64,000 nucleotides of DNA, taken from contig NC_058368.1 in the NCBI RefSeq assembly GCF_018350175.1, positions 141,548,001-141,612,000 on the forward strand, read 5' to 3'. How positions within the stretch are numbered: the first letter of the stretch is position 1; the number at the start of each line of letters is the position of its first letter. The notes under the pieces were generated by a model. That model was given only the letters and a program-made list of their open reading frames with translations, did no database searches and was not told where the DNA came from. Position numbers and translations under genes: made by a program. Shown one piece after another: positions 11,461 through 23,512 of the stretch. Source of the DNA: Felis catus. Its lineage: Eukaryota.

Positions 11461-12319
11461 TCATTCTCTCCCCGTCGTTTCCCAAACTTTATGAAAGTAG
11501 TGAAAAGGCAACAACTCTGTTTCAATCGCCTCGTAGGAAAAAAAGTCTTAAATTATTCCAAAGATTTCTTAAATTGGTAGCTCTGACCTTTCGGGCTTAT
11601 TAGGTTTAGGAGAGTTTATGAATTCCTTCCTTACATCAAGGTGTGTACGCATGCACGTTCCCAGTATTGAGATGTGGTGATACCTCAGTATTTATTTCTA
11701 ATTAGATTGTTAACCCTCTCCTTGATTCAGTTTTATCATTTGGAAACATTCTGAGTTGGACAAGGAAACTCACAAGAGCTGACGCACTTTCCCTTATTCA
11801 TCTGACCAAAAGTTACTAAGCATCTACTAACGCGCTGGGCGTTGAGTTGGGCCCTGGAGAATGTCAGATGAACAGTGGGGGCTGATCCTTGGCGTAGTGG
11901 AGCTTATAATTCAGCATGCACTGCATTGGATTATTTAGCCATGGGGCCTGTGGCTTCTGGCCATTGCACCCTTTGGAAGGCAGAGAAAAACCTGGAAAAT
12001 AGCTCAATTGATCTTATGTCCTCTGAGCCTCCCACCTTTTCCACCCAGGAATCTGGGATCCTAATGAAGAAAGTAATTTGACAAATCAACTTTCTTAGGT
12101 GTCAGGAGTTCATGTAATGCCCTTTATTAGAATGTTCCCATTTTCAAAGAGGAATTCAAGGAGAGGCAAGTTGCCTAGATGAATGATTTCCACATCTTTC
12201 TGATGGCAGGGGGAGGCTTGAGAGAGGAGAGTTTGGAGGTAAATCACTACTATCCCAAACTTCTGTTTCCCTAATCAACATCACTAGCTCTGGTGGAAAC
12301 TCTTGCACTTAAAAGAATT

Positions 12320-12450
12320 TTTTTTTCCCCTTGGGGAGTCACAGATCCCTTTGAGAATGTGATGAAAGTTGTGGCCCTCTTCCCACTAAAATGCATGTGT
12401 TTGCCAACAACTTCAGGGGGTTCAGGCCCCCCACAAGCCCTAGTTTATTA
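12320..12450. mobile_element. hAT-Charlie-type MITE remnant
   Basis: gggagtcacagatccctttgagaatgtgatgaaag...cctcttccc resembles recalled MER103-like consensus. Confidence 0.45.
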
Positions 12451-13269
12451 AAGAGTGGTATCTAGATGAACCTTTAATATTTGTGATTAAGACTTTCAGA
12501 GAAGAAATAATGTACAACTCAAGAGGAGTTCTAACAATAAATCTGCATCTAGGGAAGAGGTGAGTCAAGAATCAAAAATAAATTGTCAACCAGTAAGTTC
12601 CAAGAAAACAACTGGTGAGAAGATGCGCGCAGTCTAACAAATCTATAACAAATTCATATCTTCCATCTGACCCAAATATAGGTTGATATTAGTACAAACC
12701 TATACAAAATTTTTCTATGTAACAGAGACGTGTCAGGAAACCTACTTGGCTGGTGGGCAGCTCTTGCCCCCAGATGCAGGCCGCAGGCAGCTGGCGCTCT
12801 GGCTGGGGAGGGCAGCAGCTTCACACGATGGTGCGTCATCAATATACGGACCTTTCCCTGGGTGGAAATGCAAGCAAATGTGATTAAAATTCACACACTG
12901 GGACCATGGGGAGGGAAGGGTGATTAAAAGTCTGTTTAAGTCCACTAAAGCCCCCAAATCCAGAGCTTAAGCTAATTCTCTTATGCACTCCCCAAAGGAA
13001 TTTTTCACATTAGGCACTGGAACCAAGCTGTAGAGCTCCCTTCTCCACCCTCCCAAGCTTTCCCAAGATACTAACATATGGAACCAGAGAGTCTTTTGGG
13101 GCAGGAGAGAGTTCTTTCCTGGCCGCTTTAGAACAAGGGTTTATTCTCCTCTCCCTTAATATTTGAGAGGTCCCCAAATCACTCATCAGGAGGAATATTT
13201 ACTTTTCCATATACATTTCCCTGGCGTAATCTTTTTTGACTTCCCACGAAGCAGCTGCAATAGGGAGGG

Positions 13270-13670
13270 GTGTATGCATTAGGATACATATTAGGCTGAT
13301 GTGGCAGAGACCCCAAATTAAAGTAGCTTAGAAAACATGGAATTTTATTCTCTCTGACATCCCAAGGCTCACATACGAAGGCCGATATAGCAGCTCCGAA
13401 GGGTTAGGAGGCCAGGCTTCCTTGTTGTTCTGCCTTCCTAACATGTGGCTTCCATCTTGTGGTCTGAGATGGCTGCTCCAGTTCCTGCCATCACTTCTGT
13501 ATTTTGGGCAGCTGGAAAGGGAGATGGTGAGAGCTCAAACCTCCCCACCATTTTTTAAGGACATGGCTCAAAAATGCATCTATCACTTTTTGTCACAGTG
13601 CATTGACCAAAATTTGTCATCTGGCCATACCTACCTCCATGGAGACTGAGAACTGTAGTGTTTGTCTGAA
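13270..13670. mobile_element. Old MaLR LTR (MLT1K/L-like)
   Basis: Motifs agatggctgctccagttcctgccatcac and ggccatacctacc...gagactgagaactgtagt typical of late MLT1 subfamilies. Confidence 0.5.
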
Positions 13671-13789
13671 TTAAAACTTAAGAAAGGATTCTCCGTGGTT
13701 TTCCTGCTCCTTCTAGAAGGGACAAAAGTGCTATCTTCAATGTGGCCCTCGCTTATGACTTCCTCATATTTGTACTGAAAGATTAGTAT

Positions 13790-14162
13790 GTTTTAGAGGA
13801 GAAGAGAGGGAAAGTGAAAATGCAGAGGCCAGTTAGGAGCCAAACGCAATAATCCAAGGGAGAAATTATGGTTGTTTGGACCAGAATGAGAGCAGTGGAA
13901 GAAGTGATATGTGATTGGAATCTAGAAATATTTTAGGAAGAGCCTAGGATTAGCTTCTAGACATAGGGATGAGAAAGAGTCAAGGACAATGCTACTTATT
14001 GCTATTCGATTCATTGACAGTTCATTCACTCATTCATTTCGCAAATGGCTATTGAGCATTGGCTAGGAGCCAAGCATTGGGCTGAGACCTATGGATATAA
14101 TGGGTATAGTCATGCCTTTACAGTTGATGAAGAAAGAAAGACAGCAGAGAAATACAAACATG

Positions 14163-14201
<39 letters not shown>

Positions 14202-14345
14202 AAGTATCAGAAGCCATGAGATAACAGAAAGGAAAACAAGTTGGTCTAGGGGTCTGGGAAGTGACGACTAAGTTGAGACACACAGGGTACATAGGAATTG
14301 GCCGGGAACTTGAGGTGAGATGGTGGCAGAAGAGCAAGAGGGTTC
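13790..14345. mobile_element. L2 fragments with an internal (TG)n at about 14166-14198
   Basis: L2 motifs (ggccagttaggag...aataatcca; cattcactcattcatt...tattgagca). Confidence 0.5.
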
Positions 14346-16282
14346 CTGCAAAGGAATTCTATCCAAGTCCTGATTTCTTCCATGGCTTCATGTTGTCTAC
14401 TTGGGGTAGAACATGAATGCCTAGGCTGTGAAGTCTGGAAACTTGTAGTTAGTGCATGCTCTCTGTAAAGAGAAACTGCTCTTTGAAGTTCAATTCAAGT
14501 TAATTCAATTCTGTGAATATTTGTAGGTTCTGGGTTGGGTTACCAGCCCAAAGACAATAGACTATGGTGCCATTTAACTGAAAGCAGAGAATAAAGCTGA
14601 AGTCACTGAATTTTAGGAAATGTAGAGGCGTTCTCCACGAGGTCAGACTAAAACTCAGAGGATTTTAGCCTAGAAAGACATGTATTGAGGGCTAATGTGG
14701 TCAAAGTCTATACAATTCAGGACAGTTACAAGACAGTTACAAGTTACAACTTCCTAAACATGGATTAGGAGACAACCCACAATCTTCAAGACAAATAAAG
14801 GAAGTTCTTTACACAGGGGGAATTAAACTTGTGAAAAACATTTCCTCCAAGAGGTGTTGTTCCTCCAAAGTACTGTTTGTTGGGATAAGGATTCAGCAGC
14901 TACTAGAGTGTGCCCCTTGTCCATGTTGTCCAGGATGGCTCTCGTTCTAGCCAGCAGGAAGGGAGAAGGGGGAAGAGGAGAGTAGCCTTCTTGCTTTAAA
15001 AGAACAAGCCAGAAGTTACGCATATCACTTTCACTCAATCCCAGTGACTAGAACTTGGTCAAGTAATCACATCTAGCTATAAGGAAGGATGGGAAACAGT
15101 GTCTTTATACTGGGCAGTTATGTCCCAGGTTACAATAGGGGTTCTGTTGCTGAGAGAGAGAAGAGAACGGACATTGGGAGCCTCACAGAGTCTTGTTGCA
15201 CTAAGGGGCTCTTTTACTCAGAAAGAACTTCCAAACTTGGCTCTGTAAAGAAAATTATTAGGAGCGAATGCAGAGGTGGAGGAGTGAAACTACAAATTTT
15301 TACCTTCTTCTTTGGGTTCTTTCACCTGAGTTTCTGCTGTCCCCCAGGTGTGTTGCCCCCTTAAATATTCCAGCTCAAGCAAAGATTGAGCCCTTCCCCT
15401 GGATTTCCTTTCCCAAGACTGAATAGAGCTTTCAAAGGGTTTACTATAGATGTCAAGAGAACAAAGAAATAAACACAGAAAATACAAGAAACTTGTAAAC
15501 TTTCCAGGTTAAAACGTCTCAGATATCTATCAACTCTTCGTCACTCTTGTCCCAAAGGTTTAGCCCAACTTCTGCACTTTGACCCCAGCCCTCTTTCCTT
15601 GGTCCTCAGCTTGTTTCTGCACGGAGGATGCTGGTTTTAACCTTAATTATTCAGAAAATGCCTGTAGTATCACCCTATATTCGGACAAGAAGATGTTCCC
15701 TGCCTTGGTCCTTGACTTTAGATGGCCCCGTTTGGACCAACCACAGCCCACTGAGTGCCTATTCTGCCCTGTCTGCACCACCCAGAGCTCCAGAATTCCT
15801 TGCCCAACTTCCAGGACTTATGTGGGCTTCTTACCATGTCAGTCCATCTGTAGTATACACACCTCTAGGCCTGAGGGACAGTAGTTTGTGATGGGATGTT
15901 GCTGGAGCTTGGACAAGTAGACTAGGATGACCACTCGTGCATGGGGGAGGCCCCTTGCTGCCCTGGATGCAGCTGGTGGGTGGGAAGAGAAAAGGGGACA
16001 AGCCCAGAGCCTTTGGCCTAAGACTCCAAGAATTAGAAATTTGAATTTGAACTTCCAGGTTGTTATGAAGACTTATTTATCAAGATAAATATAGAATATA
16101 TTTCATGTAATGATTTGTTAGCTTGCTTTACAGTTTTTAAATATTTAGATATACAGTATTTGATCTTCTCTTTGTTCTCTTGCTTCTGGTAGGCCTGGCT
16201 GTCTTGCCATGTATTTTGTCATCTTTAAGGTCACATTGTGTGCAATTTCTTCCCTGAAACTCATACTTTTAATTTTCAGGCA

Positions 16283-16504
16283 GGGGCGCCTGGGTGGCGC
16301 AGTCGGTTAAGCGTCCAACTTCACCCAGGTCACGATCTCGCGGTCCGTGAGTTCGAGCCCCGCGTCGGGCTCTGGGCTGATGGCTCAGAGCCTGGAGCCT
16401 GTTTCCGATTCTGTGTCTCCCTCTCTCTCTGCCCCTCCCCCGTTCATGCTCTGTCTCTCTCTGTCCCAAAAATAAATAAACGTTGAAAAAATAAATAAAT
16501 AAAA
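16283..16504 (+). mobile_element. Young CAN-SINE (SINEC_Fc-type)
   Basis: GGGGCGCCTGGGTGGCGCAGTCGG head, GTTCGAGCC B box, (CT)n, A tail. TSD taattttcaggc at 16270-16281 and 16505-16516. Confidence 0.97.
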
Positions 16505-16599
16505 TAATTTTCAGGCTGTAACAAGTCAGGTTAGGAAGGCCCTCCTGTCTCAGATGGAAGGCCACTACTGATATGCATACACACTAGCCTCCTGTCCCT

Positions 16600-17045
16600 T
16601 AGATGGGCCATCCTCACTCCCACCTCAGAGCCATGGTATATTGCTGTTTGTCCCTTCTTCCCAAAACACACTTCTCTGGACCTTCACCTGGTTAGCTGTC
16701 TCTTCATGCAGGCCTCTGCTCAAATGTTGTCTCTGTACAGATGCCTCCTCTGCATCCCCTTCCCAAATCTAAAAGATGTCCCCCCATAGAGTCAAATATA
16801 TCCATCATTCTTTATCGTTTACTCCTTACCCTGCTTTATTTTTTCAGCACAGCACTAACCGCACCACCTGAAAGGGTGCTACATGCTTGTTTCTTGCCTC
16901 TATCTGAGTAGGATACCAGCCGTCTGAGAGCTGAGACTTTGCCTCTTTGCATTAGTGTCCCTAAAGCTCTTAAGGTGCCTGATGTGTAATAATGTTCAAC
17001 AAAGTTTTTGTTAAGTGAATTAATGAAAGGAAGAATGAATGGATG
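16600..17045 (+). mobile_element. L2 3' end remnant
   Basis: ctctgctcaaatgt...ctct, tttattttttcagcacagcact, ending in a gaatgaatggatgg tail. Confidence 0.55.
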
Positions 17046-17102
17046 GCCTGGTTGTTCAGTAGCAGTTGGGAATCAGATATCCTAATTCAAATTACGCTTA
17101 TT

Positions 17103-17322
17103 GGGGCGCCTGGGTGGCGCAGTCGGTTAAACGTCCGACTTCAGCCAGGTCACGGTCTCGCGGTCCGTGAGTTCGAGCCCCGCGTCGGGCTCTGGGCTGA
17201 TGGCTCGGAGCCTGGAGCCTGTTTCCGATTCTGTGTCTCCCTCTCTCTCTGCCCCTCCCCTGTTCATGCTCTGTCTCTCTCTGTCCCAAAAATAAATAAA
17301 CGTTGAAAAAAAATTTAAAAAA
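17103..17322 (+). mobile_element. Young CAN-SINE (SINEC_Fc-type)
   Basis: Full head, body and tail. TSD aaattacgcttatt at 17089-17102 and 17323-17336. Confidence 0.97.
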
Positions 17323-19210
17323 AAATTACGCTTATTAAGCAATCTGAATTATGACGGAGAGACCAGGACTATGGGATTTATGTCTCGTCTTGTATTTAGG
17401 AAGGAGTTAACCAGGCCAGCTTTCTGCAGAGCAATACAGAATGAGACTGCCCATGAGGTATCAAGATGGCCCTGTTGCCAATGAGTGCTTGTAGCTTCTG
17501 CAAATGAAGTAGGGTTCTCCTTCTCCAGCTCTGTGCTCAGGTGTGAGCCCTGAAAAGTGAGCCCAGGGCAGACACTGCCATGTGATTCATTGTGGTAAGA
17601 GACTTAGTGTTTGAACAGACGACTGGACTGAAATTTCAGGTAGACAAAATAGAGGATGCCGACATGAAAGGTCCTACGCCATCAGAACCAGGAATCCTTA
17701 GGGACTTAATGCTTAACGTGTCTATTTTTAATGATGAGAAACTGAGACCCAGAGGAGCCATGGGCTCATATTGGCTAGTGGAGAATTAGAGCTGGGGCTC
17801 AGATCTCCCAACCCCAGGTTGTGTTCCACTCTCCTGGATTAACCCTGATTAGTTTCATAGAAACCTCCAGAATTTGGACAAAGTTTCCATCCAGTGTTAA
17901 GCGTAGCAACTCTTATGAAAAGAATCCCTAAGTACCTCATGAGGTTGAGATTTAAAGGACTTGGTGGAGAACACATATTGTAAGTGCTATTTCAGTGATA
18001 ACGATTGCTGTGTTTGTGATTTACCCTCTTAACTCCTATCCATTCACGTACAAATCTCCCATATTCTTGCAGAGAAGCTTACTATTGACCACAGTGATTC
18101 TGGAAACAACAGGATTGGCCCCTGGAACCCTGTTCTAATCCAAGGTTTGGGGATGTTCATGATGGATAATGTTCTCACCAGGCCTGATACTTGTGGCCCC
18201 TGAAGCAGCTCCCACAGATCTGTAAGTCTCCGAGCAGCAGGAGCCCCTGCTCTCAGGTGGGTGCCCCCAAACATCTGCAGCAATACTTGGAAAGAAGCCA
18301 CTGATCCTCAGGGGACAGGGACGTGCCACGGTGGCAGCCCTTTGAGATTCTCACAGTCTTGTTTTCAATTTGGACCCTGGAGCTAAAGAGGTAAATTAAG
18401 AATATTGATCAGCTCATCAGCTCACCATTAGGTTGTTCTTTTTCCTCTTCTGAAATTTGGCGTAGTGCTTGTGGTAGATGGAGGAAAGTCTGCCTCACAC
18501 AGTGACAGCGCACGGGCTCTCACACCGCTTCCCGGATGCCGTGCTGTCACTTGAGGTTGGGAAATTTTGATTCAAATATTTTGTTGTCCTTGTTCTTTCT
18601 CACCCATTCACGGCCATCAAATTTTGCTCCTTCTCCTGAGGGGATGGTGCAAAGTGGGCCAACTGGCAATAGACAAAGGTTGCCGTGAAAGGGGGCCCCA
18701 CCAACACTGTTGATCTGGGTTGTCAAAGAACTCCAAGTTCTCTGTCTATCTGGGAACCAAAGGATCTAGAGAACAAGCAAGTCATTCATCTTGAGAAAAT
18801 ATTGGGAGTGCAACTTCAGAAGAAAAGAGGAGAGTGGTAATGGAATAATGGAGTAACCAGCAACAAACCTGTTTAGGCCATGTCTTGGCAAAATAGTATG
18901 CCTGCCCCCCTTTGTTTCCAGAATTCTGAGGCCAACTACCATAAAGCCATAAAACTTTGGTCTTTCCTTGCTTTTCAGAAGTAAATACACCCACACAGTA
19001 AGATTCCTCCTTACCCTATCCTATAAGTGCCATCTACCTATCTCCCTACTCCTCTTTGGTGTACTTCATACCAGACGTCTTGGCCTCATGGACATTCATA
19101 AAACAATCTCTCCCCCTAATTTGAGGCCTTTACACATTCTGTTCCCTTTCCCCTGAATGCTACTCTCCCGTTATTTGCACATCTGGTTTCTTAGTTTCAG
19201 ATCTCAGTTT

Positions 19211-19626
19211 GGTTTTGTTTTGTTTTTTCTTTAAATTTTAATTAGTTACCATACAGTATTATACTGGTTTCAGGAGTAGAATTCAGTGATTCATCACATA
19301 TTCAACACCCAGGGCTCATCACAAGTGCCCTCCTTATTACTCATCACCCATTGAACCCTTCTCCCACCCTCCTCCCTCTATCAACCCTCAGTTTGTTCTA
19401 CATTGTTAAGAGTCTTTATGGTTTGTTTCTCTCTTCTCTTTTACCCCCATTCCCATATGGTCATCTGTTTTGTTTCTTAATTTCCACGAGTGAAATCATA
19501 TGGTACATGTCTTCCTCTGACTTACTTTGCTTAGCATAGTACACTCTAGCCCTATCCATGTCATTCCAAATGGCAAGATTTCATTCTTTTTGATGGCTGA
19601 GTAATATTCTATTGTAAGTGTATGTA

Positions 19627-19659
<33 letters not shown>

Positions 19660-20095
19660 ATATGTACACGCACACACACACACACACACCCCATCAACAA
19701 TAGCCAAGCTATGGAGAGAGCTCAAATGTCTATCAGTTGACATTTGGGCTCTCTCCATAGCTTGGCTATTGTTCATAGTGCTGCTATAAACACTGGGGTG
19801 ATGTACCCCTTTGAATCTGTATTTTTGTATCCTTCAGATAAAAACCTAATAGTGCAATTGCTGGACCATTACGTGGTTCTATTTTTAGTGTTTTTGGTTT
19901 TTTTGTGGAACCCTCATTCTGTTCTCCAGAGTGGCTACACCAGTTTGCATTCCCACCAACAGTGCACGAGGGTTCCCCTTTTTCCACATCCTCACCAACA
20001 CTTGTTTCTTGTGTTAACTTTAAACTTTCTGATGAATGTGAGGTGGTATCTCATTGTGGTTTCGGTTTGTATTTCCCTGATAAGTGATGTTGAGC
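19211..20095 (-). mobile_element. 5'-truncated carnivore L1 (3' end)
   Basis: Carnivore L1 3'UTR and ORF2 C-terminal sequence ([30 protein letters not shown]). TSD cagatctcagttt at 19198-19210 and 20096-20108. Confidence 0.9.
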
Positions 20096-21043
20096 CAGAT
20101 CTCAGTTTAAATCTTCTATGTAAAACTCTAATGTCTTCTTATCATGCATAATCAACTCAAAATCCCTTGTCATGACATAAGGCTGATGTGACCAGGCCCT
20201 GGTCCCTTTCAGACCACATCTCCAAACACTCTACTGCTGCTCCAAATTCTGAGGCATCTCCCCTCAGGGCCTTTGCATTGGCTTTTCTTTCTGCCAGAAA
20301 TGCTGTTTTTTCCCCCAAGCTTTCCTGTAACTCACTCCCTCACTTCATTCAGTTATTTGTCAAATGCCACACCAGAAGAAAACTCTTCTCCAAAGAGCCT
20401 ATCTCATCTAGAATTCTGCCTGCTCTGATACGGTCTACCCTGTAACAATTTTCTCTTCAATTTTAAATGTGTTTAAGTATAAACACATTTATGCTATATA
20501 TTTGGTATTTAAAATTTTTAATTTTGTGAATAATGATGTGACTCAGAATTCTAAAATTACAGAAATGCAAATAGTGAAAATCTCTCTTTTGCTCCTGTTC
20601 CAAAGCCATGCAATTCTCCTTCCCACAGGAAATAAAAATTATTGGTCTTTTGTGCATGCTCCCTGACATAGCTTAAGCATATATAAACAAATATTTATGT
20701 GTCTCCATATTCTTTTAAAACTTTTTCACACTCACACTATACACAATCTCTGTATATATTTATGTATGAATCTATCATGTATCTAATCTACCCTTTTACA
20801 TGCTTTTTCATCAAAAGGTAGTATACTTACATTTACCATCTTACACTTTGTTTTTGTTCGTATTTTGTGTTTACTTAACAGAATAATGGAGGGATCTTTC
20901 CATGTCAGCATATAAAGGGTTTTCTCAGTCTTTTCTGCAGCTGCATAGTGTTCATGGACGGGTCATAATTTATTTAACTCATCCCCTGTTGACGAACATT
21001 TAGGTTGTTTCCAATATTTTGTCATTAAAACAATGCTGCATCA

Positions 21044-21202
21044 CAGCACTTGGGTGGCTCAGTGGGTTAAGCATCTGACTCTTGATTTCGGCTCAGGTCA
21101 TGATCCTACAGTTCGTGATGTTGAGCCCCATGTCGAGCTCTGTGCTGACAGTGCAGAGCCTGCTTTGGATCCTCTCTTTCCCTCTCTCTCTCAAAAAATA
21201 AA

Positions 21203-21205
<3 letters not shown>
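21044..21205 (+). mobile_element. CAN-SINE with a (TA)n-expanded tail (21206-21246)
   Basis: tgggtggctcagtgggttaagcatctgactcttgatttcggctcaggtcatgat. Outer TSD aaaacaatgctgYatca at 21027-21043 and 21500-21516. Confidence 0.9.
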
Positions 21206-21246
<41 letters not shown>

Positions 21247-21250
<4 letters not shown>

Positions 21251-21460
21251 GCCTGGGTGGCTCAGTTGGTTAACCATCCGACTTCAGCTCAAGTCATGAT
21301 CTTGTGGTTCATGGGTTCGAGCCCTGCGTCAGGTCAGGCTCTGTGCTGACAGCTCAGAGCCTGGAACCTGATTCGGATTCTGTGTCTCCCTCTCTCTCTG
21401 CTCCTCCCCTGCTCATACTCTGTCTCTCAAAAATAAATAAAACATTAAAAAAATTAAAAA
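21247..21460 (+). mobile_element. CAN-SINE nested in the tail of the preceding SINE
   Basis: ggcgcctgggtggctcagttggttaa head directly after (TA)n, inside the outer TSD pair. Confidence 0.92.
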
Positions 21461-21824
21461 TACATATATATGTACACACACACGTGTATATATTTTTTTA
21501 AAACAATGCTGTATCATATGCAAATACATCTGTAGAATAAGATAGAAATGGAACAAAGCACTGGTACAAAATGCAGCAATTTGCCATCTATAGAAGTTGT
21601 GCCAATTTATACTTGTACCAGCAATATGTGAGAATGCCTGTTTCCCCACACTCTGGCCAACCCAGTGTATTATCAAGCTCCTGGATCTTTGCCAGTCTGT
21701 TGAGTAAAAGATAGTATCTCATTGTGATTTTAGCATGCATTTCTATTATTACATGTGGATTGAAATATATATATATATATATATAATCACATATATGTAT
21801 ATACACACAACACATATATATAAT

Positions 21825-23125
21825 ATTTTATTTGAATCGAAGGTAATTAACATATAGTGTAGTTTCAGGAGTAAAATTTAGTGATTCATCACTTACATAT
21901 AACACCCAGTGTTCATCCCAACAAGTGCCCTCCTTAATGCCCATCGCCCATTTAGCCCATCCCCCACCCAACACCCCTCCAGCAACCCTCAGTTTGTTCT
22001 CTGTATTTAAGAGTCTCTTAAGGTTTGTCTCCTTCTCTGTTTTTATCTTATTTTTCCTTCCCTTCCTCTATGTTAATCTGTTGTGTTTCTTAAATGCCAC
22101 ATTTGAGTGAAATCATAGGGCATTTGTCTTTCTCTGACTTATTTCACTTAGCATAATACACTCTAGTTCCATCCATGTTGTTGCAAATGGCAGTATTTTA
22201 TTCCTTTTTGATTGTCGAGTCGTTTTCCATTTGTCAGTTGATGGACGTTTGGGATCTTTCCATACTTTGGGTATTGCTGATAGCACTGATATAAACACTG
22301 GGGTGCATGTGCCCTTCAAATCAGTATTTTTGTATCCTTTGGGTAAATACCTAGTAGTGCAATTGCTGGGTTGTAGGGTAGCTCTATTTTTAATTTTTTG
22401 AGGAACTTCCATACTGTTTTCCAGAGTGGCTGCACCAGTTTGCATTCCTACTAACAGTTCAAAAGTGTTCCCTTTTCTCTAAATCCTCACCAACATCTGA
22501 GTTGCTTGAGTTGTTACTTTTAGCCATTCTGACAGGTGTGAGGTGGTATCTCATTGTGGTTTTGATTTATTTTTCCCTGATGATGAGCGACATTGAGCAT
22601 CTTTTCAAGTGTCTGTTAGCCCTTTAGATGTCTTGTTTGGAAAAGTATCTGTTCATGTCTTTTGCACATTTCTTCACTGGATTGTTTTTTTGGGGTGTGG
22701 AGTTTGATAAGTTCTTTACAGATTTCGGATACTAACCCTTTATCTGCTATGTCATTTACAAATATCTTCTCCCGTTTTGTCGGTTGCCTTTTAGTTTTGT
22801 TGGTTGTTTCCTTTGCAGAATCTTTTTATCTTGATGAGGCCCCAGTAATTCATTTTTGCTTTTGTTTCCCTTGTCTCTGAAGACATGTCTAGTAAGAAGT
22901 TGCTGCCGCCAAGGTCAAAGAGGTTGCTGCCTGTTTTCTCTAGGATTTTGATGGTTTCCTATCTTACATTTGGTTCTTTCATCTATTTTGAGCTTATTGG
23001 TTTAAGAAATTGGTCCAGTTTCATTCTTCTGTGCATCACTGTCCAGTTTTCCTAACACCATTTGCTAAAGAGACTATCTTCTTTCCATCGGATATTCTTT
23101 CTTGCTTTGTCAAAGATTAGTTGGC
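21825..23125 (-). mobile_element. Carnivore L1 3' portion (3'UTR plus ORF2 C-terminus)
   Basis: ORF-track peptide ATLENSMEVPQKIK...ILPFATTWMELECIMLSEISQ is L1 ORF2 C-terminal; carnivore-type 3'UTR similar to 19211-20095. Confidence 0.9.
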
Positions 23126-23294
23126 TGCATTTCTCTTATATCTAAGAACCATTATTATTTCCTTTTTCTATGAACTATTTGTTCATTTTTCTATTTGATT
23201 GTGGATATTATTAATTTCCTGAAATCTATACATATTAGGAAAAGTATTGCTTTGTGCATATAAGCTACAGATATTTTTTCTTAGTTTTAAACTT

Positions 23295-23512
23295 AATTTT
23301 TAAGTTTATTTTTTTTGAGAGAGAGAGAGAGAGAGAGAGCATGAGCAGGGGAGGGACAGAGAGCGAGGGAAAGAGGGAATCCCAAGCCCTTGTCAAGCTC
23401 CACACTGACAGCATGGAGCCCGAGGCAGGGTTTGATCCCTTGAATCACGAGATTATGACCTGAGGCGAAATCCAGAGTTGGACGCTTAACCAACTGAGCC
23501 ACCCCGGTGCTC
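23295..23512 (-). mobile_element. CAN-SINE
   Basis: Reverse-complement head ...caactgagccaccccggtgc, (GA)n, T tail. Confidence 0.9.

Larger units (their letters stand above)
20860..21750 (-). mobile_element. Ancient L1 (L1M/L1ME-like) 3' fragment interrupted by two SINEs
   Basis: catcccctgttgacgaacatttaggttgtttccaat...aatatgtgagaatgcctgtttccccacactct...tatctcattgtgatttt. Confidence 0.65.

Noticed and set aside
4047..11603. Many overlapping Pro/Ala/Gly/Arg-rich ORFs (e.g. 10950-11603, 217 aa) and Phe/Ser/Leu-rich ORFs at 10045-10509
   Set aside because: Stop-poor frames produced by GC-rich islands and the pyrimidine tract; no recognisable domain.
16283..16365. tRNA genes (A and B box motifs)
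   Set aside because: These are tRNA-derived SINE heads followed by SINE body, (CT)n and A tail, not stand-alone tRNAs.
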